From Klebsormidium nitens (Eukaryota; Plantae; Klebsormidiophyceae), in contig DF237141.1 in assembly GCA_000708835.1 (NCBI GenBank), positions 87,665 to 151,664 on the forward strand: 64,000 bases of DNA, given 5' to 3'. The notes beneath the pieces were generated by a model. The model was not told where the DNA came from. It searched no databases and was given only the letters and a program-made list of their open reading frames with translations. This document shows, one piece after another, positions 12,301 to 24,300 of this stretch. The translations under genes were made by a program, and so were the position numbers. Position 1 is the stretch's first letter, and each line of letters starts with the position of its first letter.

Positions 12301-15300
12301 TGGGGGTTGAGGAGCTCCGGGGTAAGAACCTCAAAGAGGCTTTAAAAGCTCTGCTTGTCCTGGGCGTCGGAAGTGGACGCAGGGCTACCCACCCTGTGAA
12401 ACAGAGATTATATCGGGTTAGGAAAGATGGGTTTAGACGATTTGAACGAGCTTTTGGACGTTCTTCCGGACGTTCTGGCTTGCGGCTGGGTTGAAGAGCT
12501 CCGCGGTAGAACCTTCGACGACGCCCTGGAAGCTCTTCTTGTCTTGGGCGTCGGAGGTGGAGGCATCGACTGCGGGATTGACAACCCTGTAAGAAGAAGG
12601 TCGAAAGTGTCGGGGATAGAGTGTTTACAAAACGAAACATTTGAATCTCTAGGCTGGTAAGAGCTCCGTCAGTCTGAAAGCAGATTTTATCCTGAGCATC
12701 GGATTTGGCAGCGCAAACAGAGGGGCAACTGCCCAATGCAGAATTGCGTTCCAATCATCGTACAATAGGCTATTGGGGACTTTCGGGAAAGAACTCGATG
12801 GCGAGGTATCTCTTATTCACTTCTATCGGCTTGAACGGAGCTTTCCGGCCAGACGCAATGGAGTAACAGCAGTGTCCAGCGTCTTTCGCGATCGCCAACC
12901 AAACGATAAGTCTTCAGCGGCCGCCTAGGGTGAGGGCGAGAAGCACGAGCACGCCCCCACCTGAGGACCTGCGTGAGCACGAGGCTGGTCTCCTCCTGCT
13001 CCTTGTTCGCAGTCACCGGCAGCTGCTTGAGCACGTACAGCAGCGCGCGCACCGTCTTCACCTGGAACTGGCACAGCGTGTCCACCGGGGCCTTGCCCAC
13101 CAGCGCGCCGATGCCCTGTACGATAAGCTTTCACGTGTTCCGCAAGTTTCCATGATCCTTCAAGGGTTTTGCGGTGTTCGGCGTCTCTGTAGACAGATTA
13201 TAGGGGCAGGTCGGCCTGCCACACCGTGTTCACCGGCCCCTTGACCACCAAAGCGCATAGCTTCTAAAACTTTCAGCACGGAAGGTTCCTTGATTGCCAA
13301 ATATCTTGATTTGACCACGACAAAGACACACAATGTCCACAGGATGCTTGCTCATCAGCAAACTGGATATCCTGTATGCAGGAGACCTTTTATTTGCAGG
13401 CTCCAGAGTTCCAATCCTCAACTAAAGCTGAGCAAAGATATCCGAGAACTGGGCTTTACACCCTTCTCTTGTAAGCGAACTTGAAACGGAACGCTCGATA
13501 GGCTACGCAGATGATGTTAACATGTCGTCAGCGTCGTTCTCCTAGGGGAAAATCAACAAACATTAAGCCAGCAAGTAGCTGAGAAAAGGAACGGTTATGA
13601 TAGACGCACCTGCACGCCGCCCATCTGCGACTGCCACGTGCCCCCGTAGCAGCAGTGCAGGAGCCGCGGGATGAGGTGCTCGAACACCGGGATCTTGACG
13701 GTGGCCGGGGGCGACACAACCGGGTTGACCGACGGGCTAGAAACGATCATGGGAGTACTCGGGAGAGACGCCTTCTGGGGACTGATGCCGCTGCGCTTCA
13801 CCTTGGCCAGCAGGAGGAGCGTCTCGCAGAAGACGTGCAGGCCTTGCAGGGCGGCCTACGCAAGGGGGGAGAGAGAAGAGGGACGTCAGCGGATCGTTTA
13901 ATGGCGTCAGCACTTTGGTTTTGGACTTTTTAGGAGCTAAGCTGATGCCGCTGTGTTTCATTTTGGGCCAGCAGCACGAGCGTCTCGCAGAACACGTGCA
14001 GGCCTTGCAGGGCGGCCTGCGTGAGAAGGGGAATGGAGCCTGACGTCAGCGTTAGTTCAACGGCGTCAGGACTTTGAAATTGGTCTGCGGGGACGTCAAG
14101 CTGGTTCTGTGAGTTCACCTTGGCCAGCAGCAAGAGCGCTTCACAAAAGACGTGCAGGCCTTGCAGGGCGGCCTGTGCAAAGCAGGGAGGGAAGAGTGAC
14201 TTCAGCGAACAGTATGATAACGCTAGAGTTTTGAAAGCGGTACGTGAAGACGTCTAGTCAAACTTCCTGCGTTCAGCACTGGCCAGCAGGAGGAGCGCTT
14301 TGCAGAAGACGTGCAGGCCTTGCAGGCGGCCTGAAAAGGACGACAAAGGGATGGATTCAGCAAAAGAACGGTGATATTCAGGAGACGACTGCAATTTTCA
14401 GCAGACCGATGGCGAGGGCGTTATATTGGCAAGAAGGGAGCTGGGGCAAAAAAGACACGATTGATGCGTTGAATGGACACCGGTCATTTGCGCGTGCATT
14501 TGCCGGCCCCTTTCGCTACAGCTCTCAAGAGGCTCGCAAAGTTTGAAGGGACATAGCGCTGTCAAGGTTAGTGTGCTACTACCCGCAGGTACGAAGGCTA
14601 TTGGGACATCAGCAAACACACGTCCCCGTCCCTTCCACGGCTGTTACCAGAAACTTGCTTTGCACGCGCGAAGATCCATAAACCCGCTGTTTCAAAGATC
14701 ATAGAAGCTACACTTTAAAATCGCCCACCTTGGCCTGCTCCCGGTTCTCGTCCGCCAGCACTGCCACGAGCGCATCCAAGAAAAGTACCGGGTCTAGTTC
14801 CTTCAGATTCGCCGACGCCATGATACTCTGCGCCGCGGGCCCCAGCCCCTCCTGCTTCGCGCCCCTCTTTCCCGGCGGGGGGGCCGCAGAGGGCATCTCC
14901 CTAGGGGCGCCCCGCCCCCCTGGAGGAGAAGGGGGCTCCGCGGTGAAGAGCATCGCGAAGTGGCGGCAGAGATTGGCGACGAACTCGTCGTCCGGATCGG
15001 AGAGATCGGGTTCTGCGCTTGCGGCAATGACGGCCATCAGGAGCTGCTTGAAGACGGTGCGCTCCGCGAGCAGCTGCGTCTTCGTCTTGACGCCCAAGTC
15101 CACCTGGAGTAAGAAAGAGTTTTAGTTTGTCCGGATAACCTTTGTGGGTTTTGTCGGCCCCCTAACTAACGTCCTTCTTCTCCTTTCTCCTTGGTTACTC
15201 TGCTCCTGAATTCAGAGCTCATGACGACGGTGCACTCAGCGAGCAGCTTGGTCTTGACGCCCAGATCCACCTAGGGCACAAAAACAGTTGTGCACATTCT

Positions 15301-18300
15301 TCCTCCCTCAAAATGGCTCTCCGCTCCTAAGGACCAAGTCTGTCCTCTCGTGTCCTGTGTCCCCAATCATTCTGTCTCTCTCCTTAAATATTTCCTATCT
15401 TGCTCATTCTTTTGACTGGAAGAGGAAACTCAAAGACGTCCTCCTGGGGAAGGAAGACAGATCCTTCACCAGAAAGCTTCACCGAACCATCCACAGTTAT
15501 GACCGTCAAAAGATCCTGTGCAATTTCAAGTGCTAAGAGCAAACAACCGACGAGCCGCGTCCACTCTAGTCGGTTGATTGAAGGGATCCCCCACCTTGAG
15601 CTGTTCCTTCTCCGGCCGCCTCAGTGCAGGATCCACGTGCGTAAGCAGGACGCCGCTCAATTGACCGATGCCCACCCCCTCGCCGCCGATGTTGCCGTTC
15701 AGGTTCGCGACGCCCCCAAGGCACACCTTCAGAAACGTGAGCGCCGACTTGCGGCAGTGCAGCTCCATCCCTGGCAGAGAGGACGGAAGCAGATAAGCTT
15801 AGGCAGACGCTAATGTAGGAGCTGCGAGTCCCCAATGGTTAGAGCTCGATGTACGAGGCAGGGATTCTAGATACAAGAATGGTCAAAGTAGACTCCTCAA
15901 AGTCGCAGAAGCGGTCCCATAGGCTATAACTTTCTCGCTCCCTTGTACTGGGTTCCTGATACAAACCAAGAGTAGCGGTCAGAGTAGTCCTGGTAAGTAA
16001 GGGCAGGCTGCGCAGGGTGGGCCGAGACCCAACGCCCAAAAAGGAGAAAATGCCGGACTGCTGGGATGGAAGCCGGATGCACACGCGGATTGTAGGCTTC
16101 ACAATAAGGAGCGCTCGCAGAAAAAAGGATTGTTTTAACAACCCAGTGATCACCTGGCGGCAGGTGCTGGACGGCGAATGCTTCACAAAAAGTGGATACA
16201 ACGATACTCATATACTTCAAGTAGGATAGTTTCTAGGTGCTATAGTAACAGTCTTCAAGGGTGAACAAAAGTACAAACCTAAACCGAGAAATGTCCCCGC
16301 TCCGCAACCATACCCACCCGAATCCCAAATGGCAACCTCACCCGTTCCCCGGGCCACGACCATATTCTTCCTAGAATTATCCTACCTATACTACAGGTTT
16401 GAGATATAATGGTCACCTGGCGATTGCAGGCGGACGCAGAACAAATACTTTCAAAGAACTACAGAAGCTTACCTGGCGGGGGACTCTGGACCGCGGTCCG
16501 CGCAAGGTGGATGCAGCGGTCGAGCGGAACCAGGAACGAGGTTTGCGTCTCAAAGGTGAGGATCATCCGCAGGCCGTGCTCCGGGTTCTCCTTGTACTCC
16601 AGCTCGAGCATCTCCTTCAGGAAGCGTCGGTTGCGGCCGCCCAGCTTGCCAAGCAGCTGCCAAGAAATGCAAGAAACTTTAATAATGAATTATTCTGCTT
16701 TTTCCTTCTGTGCTCTTTCTTGTATTTCCCTGTCTTCTTAGACAGGGATCAATTCTTCTATTGTCTTAGTCTTGCCCTCGTTGCCCACAAAAGGTGGCCA
16801 TCAGTCACTACAGACTGGCTAGGCGATGAAAGAGTCAGCTCGAGACCGTTCTCCACAACGGGCTTCCTCAGGGAAAGAATCTGATTGTGCGTCCATTTGA
16901 GTCGATGGATGATTTGCCGTCTGATGCCTTCAGAGCATTGCAGACAGCATGATGTTCGAGTAGCTGGCTTCCTCTTGAAAAGATGTTTCCTTCTTCGCCT
17001 AAAAGCTTCGGCTTCGTACCACAAACCATCGTTTCCGGCAGCAGCTTTACACCAACAAGCGTGCGAAAGAGAAAAACGGACGTCCAGTCAGCAAAAAAAA
17101 GGAGACTCCGACTCCGTGCCAGACTCACCTGGAGGCTTTTCGCACCGAACGGGTACGGCTTCGGCCGCAGGTGCCCCCACAGGGTGAGAATAAGCTCCGT
17201 CATGACGCTCGCCATGCTGGGCTCCAGGAACTCCGGGTTAAGACTATCCACCCAAAACTCGAGCGTCCGTAACCCGAGCGCAACGAGGTCATCGCTCCCC
17301 TTCAGCGCCAGGACGAGCGGTTTCATTAACCGGGGCAGGTGCGGTAGCAGCGCGCTTAACCGCGCCGGCAGGGTTAGGCATAACTCGACGAGTAGGTCCC
17401 GCATATCCTGACCGCTCGGACCGTCGAGCATCGACAGGAGCGCGTTGAGACAGGGTTGCAGGGTGCCGATAAACTCTTGGTAGAGAGCCGCAAACTTTCC
17501 GCCGGAAAGTGCACGGAACATGATCCGGAGGAGCTGCATGTAACCGATGGGTTTGTCTAACTCCGTAGCGTTCTTCATGCAGGTTTCCATCAGGGTGAGC
17601 ACGTGGGGGCGCATGACGGACTCGCATTCCGCCGGATACTTGGCCACAGCGGAAAAGAGCAGCCGGAGCAGCTGTAAGAGCAGCTTCGCTTGCGGCAGGT
17701 CGGGCTGTTTCAGGAGGTCCAGCTTGTTGGTCACGAGGTAGTGCGCGAGGACGTCGGCGAACGTGCGGCTGATCTGGGCGTTCTGGAGGAGCGCTGCGAA
17801 GACGGTGACCAGCTGGATGGAGTCGACCATCACGTCAAAGAGCCTGTGAAAGATCGGAAGAGGGGTCAGAGTAGGTTAAAACCGGGGGTGAAAAGTAGAT
17901 ACGGACGACAGCGTTGTATGTTACGACGAGTGTAGCAAAGACAGTGACCATCTGGATGGAATCGACCATCACATCGAGCAGCCTGTGGGGAATGGGATCT
18001 CGAATTGGAGAAGTGGGTAATGGGATGGTTTTAGAGTCAGGTAACGGAACAGTGTTAGGATGGAGGATGGAGGAGCGAAGGACGGAGGAGGTTCGCAGAA
18101 ACGGAGACCAGCTGGATCGAACGGAACATCGGGTCGAAGGGCCTGGCAGGAGTGGGAAAGCTGGAATCAAACATTGGGTTTAGAAGCGGGTTAAGGCGAA
18201 AAGGAGAGGAGGTTACGATCCGCGATTTGGAGGAGAGCAGTCAAGACGGAGACCAGTAGCATGAAGTCGACCATCACGTCGAACAAAGTGTAGCGCACAT

Positions 18301-21300
18301 TGTTTCACCAAAACACTTGGTAACGACACTGAATGGATAACTCAAGGCGGCCGGGAATCAAGCAACGGAAAACGGACTTGATGGGAGGAGATTTGACTGG
18401 GACCCATGTGATCAAAGTAGGCTCCATGAAGGGACGCAATATAAATGGCCGATCGAAACGACACACAGCCATAACATTTCCAAGCAGAGACAGTGACAGT
18501 TCCTCCCTTTGCTAGAAGAGTACGCTCGGGCCGGTAAGCTGGAGACAGTTTAACTTTTCTGAGGCATCTGGTCCGACAATAGAAACTCACTGGTAGGGAC
18601 GTGCTCTACCTGTCGCCTCGCTTGAAGTCATTATGTAGGAAAACGCTGGACAAAGATGAGTAACCCGAGCGGCAGAGACAGGGGACACTGGGAAAGGGAT
18701 GTAAACGTCGTGGAGCGTATTCCCACCTGGGCATGCACATGCTGAACAGGTCCATGAAGTTGCGCTCCGCCATGACTGAGAACACGCCCGCGAAGTGCAG
18801 CAGGTTCTCCTCCTCGTTCTTCTCCTTGAACAGCGCCAGGCAGTAGACGCCGCTCTTCAGCAAACCCGCGATCAGCCGCACTTCGTCTTCGCGCATTCCT
18901 TTCGGCCCGTTGGGGTTCATTTGCGGCGGCCCCGGACCGATCTGCTGCGGCTGCGCGGTGCGATTGAAGTTGGTGATGCTCCAGAGAAGGGTCTTCATGC
19001 CTGCAAGAGAAGGAAAGATGAGAAATATAGCGTTTTGCTCTTTTACGGCTTGATTACATCTAGACCTTTCGGGCGTCCGAGAATTTGGAGCTGGTGATGG
19101 TTCATTAAAGGGTCTTCATGTCTGTGCGAGAAAACAGCAGAAAGGGAGTCGAATGAATAGCTCGCAGGGATTTTGAAGTTCCGCTTTGAAGAATGTAGGA
19201 CAAAAGTGATCCGGAATGTCGAAGCTGGGGCGCTTCAAAGCAGCTCTTCATGCTGGCAAGAAGTCCTGGTGGTTGCAGCAGCAGTCCGTAAATCGATTTG
19301 TGCTCTGCTTTTGCGCTTTTGCGAGTTCGGGGATCTGGAGATTTCAAGGCTTTTGGCGCTGGAAGGGTAGCGATAAACCAGAGAAGGGACTTTGTGCGTG
19401 GAACAAGAAAGCTCGGGTAAAGATCACAATCTTCGGGCAACAGGTTAAGAGGCTCAGGAGCATCTCTGCAGATCGAAACTCTCTGTGACCAATGTCACTT
19501 AAGACATGAGGAGACAGGAAAGATGAGACTGCAAAAGCTCCGCAAGTCTTGTGGACAATGGCAAGTGAATCAAATCTTCCACTGGCAAGAGAGATGACTA
19601 CACAAAAATAAAAGCTCCGGATTGCGATGCATCGAAATGTCGACTTTATTCTGCGTCCGTAAGTGGAGAATGTTGATCAACCTGTTCTGAAAGACCTGAG
19701 TATCATCCACGAAATCTCTCGCACTTGGTCAACAAGCTCAACGTTCCGAAGCAGACGAACAAAGCTATGCACAGGAGAGACCAGAACAATACCTCCACTT
19801 TCTTGCGCTGAACCTTCCCAGAAAAACAAATGCGCATCTTCCTCGCTACACGCACCTTGGATCAGCGTCCGGGTGAGGTACTTGCAGTCCGCAAGCTCTT
19901 TCGCGTGCTCCATCGGTGTGATCAGATTCAGCGCCGCCTTCTGCACCGGCAGCTCCAGCCGCGACCGCAGCGTCGGCTTTTCCTCCCCCTCTGCGTCGCT
20001 ATCTTTGAGAACCTCTTCCGGTTTCTCCGGGCCGCCTTTTTTGCTGCCCGGTGGGGGTAACAGATAGGGGATCGCCCGCCGGAGCGTCCCGAACTTGCTG
20101 ACGAAGCAGTCGAGGATGCGCCGCAGCAGTTGGCGGCCCTCCTCCTTGTTGCGCTCGTCCATCCGACGACTGAAGATCGTCTCCACCTGCAAGGGAATAA
20201 TTCTAGACCGCTGATTTTCCGAACAATACCACGTCTCCTCGCATGCCTCTTTCTTTCTCGTTTTCCTATCGCGCGTGTCCATCCGACGTCTGCAAAACAT
20301 ATACACCGGCGACGAATGTATCCTAGACCGTTGAGTTCTGCCTTGCTGGAGAAAGCGGCAGCGATCAACTGTCACATTCTCGAAAAAGATGTCGATGACA
20401 CTCCTATTTCTGACAACTTACACTGAATTGAACCGGTCTCACTTGGTTCGCTCGGTTCTAGTCGCTTGTCAGATTGAGCATGGTGTGCACGGAGTTCCTT
20501 TAAACGACGAGCGGCAGCATGAGGTACATGTTCCCAATCACGAAGAGCCCGATTGTCCGTCCTCTGACAAATTACCGCACCAAAGTTCCCACGTCCTTCT
20601 ACTCGAAACGAAACGTCCTAACACCAGCTTGAGCATGAGCCAAACGCACGTCGTTTGCACCGAGAGCGGGCAGCAGGCGATCATGCACGTTTTTGAAAGA
20701 AGAGGCAGCTAACACTTGCCAAAAGTGATATTCTGTTGAAAGTATCCAGGCATTTCCGCTCGAAACGAAACGCCTTACCAGATTCAGCATGAGCCGCACG
20801 CACGTCGTCTGCACCGACAGCGGCAGCGAGTGGTCGTGCACGTTCTTGGAGAAGAGGTAGATGATGCGGCTCAGCTGCTGCAGGCTCAGGTCGATGCGCA
20901 CATGGTGGATCAACTCCGCCAACAGACTGTACGCCAGCGGGCGGAGCGTCTCGTAGCAAGACCGCCCAGTGCCCACCAGCACCCTGCACCAAAGTGGGGA
21001 AAGGTTTTAAGGGTTAAAGATTGGGTTAGCTAAGGCTTAGGTCGATGCGCACGTGGTGAATCAGCTCCGCCAGCAAACTGTATGCCAACGGGCACAGCGT
21101 CTCGTAGCACGACCGCCCAGTGCCATTCAGCACTCTGCACGAAATTGAAGTTGGAGTTTCTTTTACATTCTTAACATTCTGATTTTCGCTTATTGCAGGA
21201 GTAGAATGAAGCGCGTGTTGCGGAACTGATTTCGCCAGTAAAGTGTACACAGGCGAGCGCAGGGTCTCGTAGCACGACCGCCCACTCTGCACCGACTGAG

Positions 21301-24300
21301 AACGAAATTTTAGGCTCGCGAACTTTGAGGTTGCATAGGAACCGGGAGATGTTCACGGGAGGCTCTCAGTGCACACATGGTGGATGAGCTCCGCTGGCAA
21401 ACTGTATGCCTGCGGACGCCGAGTCTCTCATGACGACCGATGGCCACCGAAAGCATACGCAAAAATCGGACTCTAGGCTCCGAATATCGAGCCTATACGG
21501 CGTTTGTATGCCACACACTGGAAGGTCAGGTCGATGGGCACGCGGTGCATCAGCTGAGCCAGCATAGAGAAGGCCAGCGGGCGGACCGTCTCATAGCCTG
21601 ACTTGCGGACAGCACGGAAGTCATTTCCATGCTAGGCTGCGGGCATCAAGTAAATCGCCCAATTCGTAGCCGCTGCTTTTAGAACCTTTTCTACAGAGGA
21701 AGTTCTCCTTGCCTCTCGTCCAGTAGGATGTCGATGTGCGTGAAGAAGCCCTTGCGAAAGTCGGTCGCAAGCACGTGCCTCGTCGCAACCAGCAGCTCCT
21801 GCAAACATAACGACACCTTGTGAACCCGCAAAGAAACGCACCAGGTTGACGATCCGACCGCCGGTCGTCAAGAGGAGAAGGATTCCAAAAACGGCAAGTC
21901 CTCGACGGCTGAGAGTTTGGTTTTGAGTGGCTGTATAGAAAGGTTATTGTGTCCGGGATCTCAACCTTCTTTCTTCGCCCGCTGGATTCAATCATCAAGG
22001 ATTTCAAAGCTCAATCTAAAAACGCAATTTCGCACGCAAGAAAGATTGCAATCATTGCGTACTGAGAAGCGAAGAGCCCACCTTGCGCGTGGCGATGGAG
22101 TCGGGGCACGTGACGAGCAGGTTGACGATGCTCTTGGACACGTTCTCCGTGTACGGCCGGATGTCGTCCGAGAAGCTCCGCAGCAGGTACGTCATGAAGG
22201 ACACCGTCTGCACAAGAGAAGATCTCAAGTAGTCCCACAAAGGTTGACCACGGAAGTGAGAAGCTAAGAATTGAACCGGGCCCTTTTCAAAACTCCTGCT
22301 GGCAAGCTTGACCATTTCAATCATGTTCGCGTGCACAGGTCAAGGGACGCCCAACAGACTGGATCTCAGCGCTGCCTTTCGTTTCAATCTGTTTTTCCTT
22401 TGCGACTGCTTGTTGAGGATCTTTGAAACTTCAACGTTCTCTAACCTATTGTAATACATTGATGTAAAACAACCGACAACCAAGTCCTCCGACGAGCTTG
22501 GCTGAAAGATTGTGTCGGGCTTACTAGACACAACGGCCGAAAGCCGCCCTCCATTGCCTGTACTCCTTCCAAACTTCCAAACACAGGCACTGGTAAGTTC
22601 CATCTTGTCAAAAGCTCGACTCCGTAAACCCTCGAAATTGGAAAACCGCAGCCTTCTTTACCTTGACCTGCGCCGCCTTGAGGTCGCTGAACGTCTGCTT
22701 CAGGTGGGGGGGCACGTTGTTCGGCCCGGGGATCGAGATCGTGGTCACCATAAGCGGGAGGAGCGTCGGGATATTCACACCCAGGAACCGGGGGTAAAGT
22801 TGGAACAGAAACATCACGATCAGGGGGCATTCCGTGACCACTTTGAAGGAGCGGACGCTGGGGTTTAGCTGCCCCAGAGGGGGGCCACGCGGGCTGGAGG
22901 GGACCCCCCCAGGGGCGTCGGGGCCGGCGCCGTCTTGAAAGAAGTAGAGGACGGTCTCCTTGAAGTTTTGGTAGATCTGCGAAGTGGGAGGGGGGAACGG
23001 TCTGAATACTTCGTTAACGGCAGTGCCGCGACCAGATTCATCCAATAAAGAGAGACTCTGCTCTCATGTTGGAGCAGAGTGAAAGCAAGAAAGGACCATT
23101 CTTTCAACGACTGCTGCAAGAACGGAGGCGATGAGGACGTCATCTGAAGCTCGACAGCGTCAGGTTCTCAACGGCCAAGATCGTTGAAGGTTCAACCAGT
23201 GCAACTGCATCCATCTTGCGAAGGCACCCGACAGCTCGCTTGTCAACCGTAACCTTAATAACTGCGCCTCTTCTTTTTTCCCCTTCCTTTCCTCGGCCCT
23301 TCCGAAGCTTGTTCAGTCATATATACCCATACTCTAACGTCGCTTGACTAATTCGTTAAATGTGGAACGGGTTTTGAGGTCACTTTCACCAGCTCCTCAC
23401 CTTGACCACGAAGTCCAAGAACGGCTGCACTTCGTCCTCCAGGTTCGGCCGGTAGTTCTTGTGCAAGTCGAAGATGATCCGCAGCGCAATCAGTGCGTTC
23501 TCCTCGTTGTCGGTAGCCGCCACGTGCATGCTCAGCTTCATAAGGTCTACCACGTACGGCTTGAGCGTTTCGCTGTGCGGCATGCGGTTCAGCACCTCGA
23601 GAATGATGTTGCGCACCTTGTGCTCGACGGTGTCTGTTGCCTGGGTTAGTAAAAGCTGGGTTAAATATCCAGTGCCACAAAATCAGCTATCAACCAGGAC
23701 GGTTAACTTCGAATTTGATCCGATTAAGGTCTACTACGTACGGCTTGAGCGTCTCGCTGTGCGGCATGCGGTTTAGCACCTCCAGAATGATGTTGCGCAC
23801 CTTGTTGCTCAACCGTGTCCGTCGCCTGGGTTAACAAAGACAGGTTACGTCTCTAGTTCGGGGAATTGAGCTTTCGACCGGGACGGTTTACTTTGATTTG
23901 GATCCGATTAAGATCTACCACATACGGCTTGAGGGTCTCGCTGTGCGGCATGCGGTTCAACACCTCCAGAATGATGTTTGCGCACCCTATGCTCAACCGT
24001 GTCCGTCGCCTGGGTTAACGAAGGTGCCTTAAGGTCCACATTCAGAAGGCGGGTACACCCAGGTTGAATCTTGAAGTAGAGGCTGTCTTCCGGCATGCAA
24101 TTCAGCACCTCAAAATTGAAGTTGCGAACCTTGTGATCGACTGTGTCCGTCGCCTGGGTATGGTTCCGATCTGGTAGTGAGTCCGGTTCCAGATCTCGGG
24201 TTTTACCGGATCTGGGTTGAATGTGATACACGCGAGCTCTGACGCATCCATCATTATGATTTGGATACCGAATTAGCCCTGGTAGGGCTCGGTGCTGACG

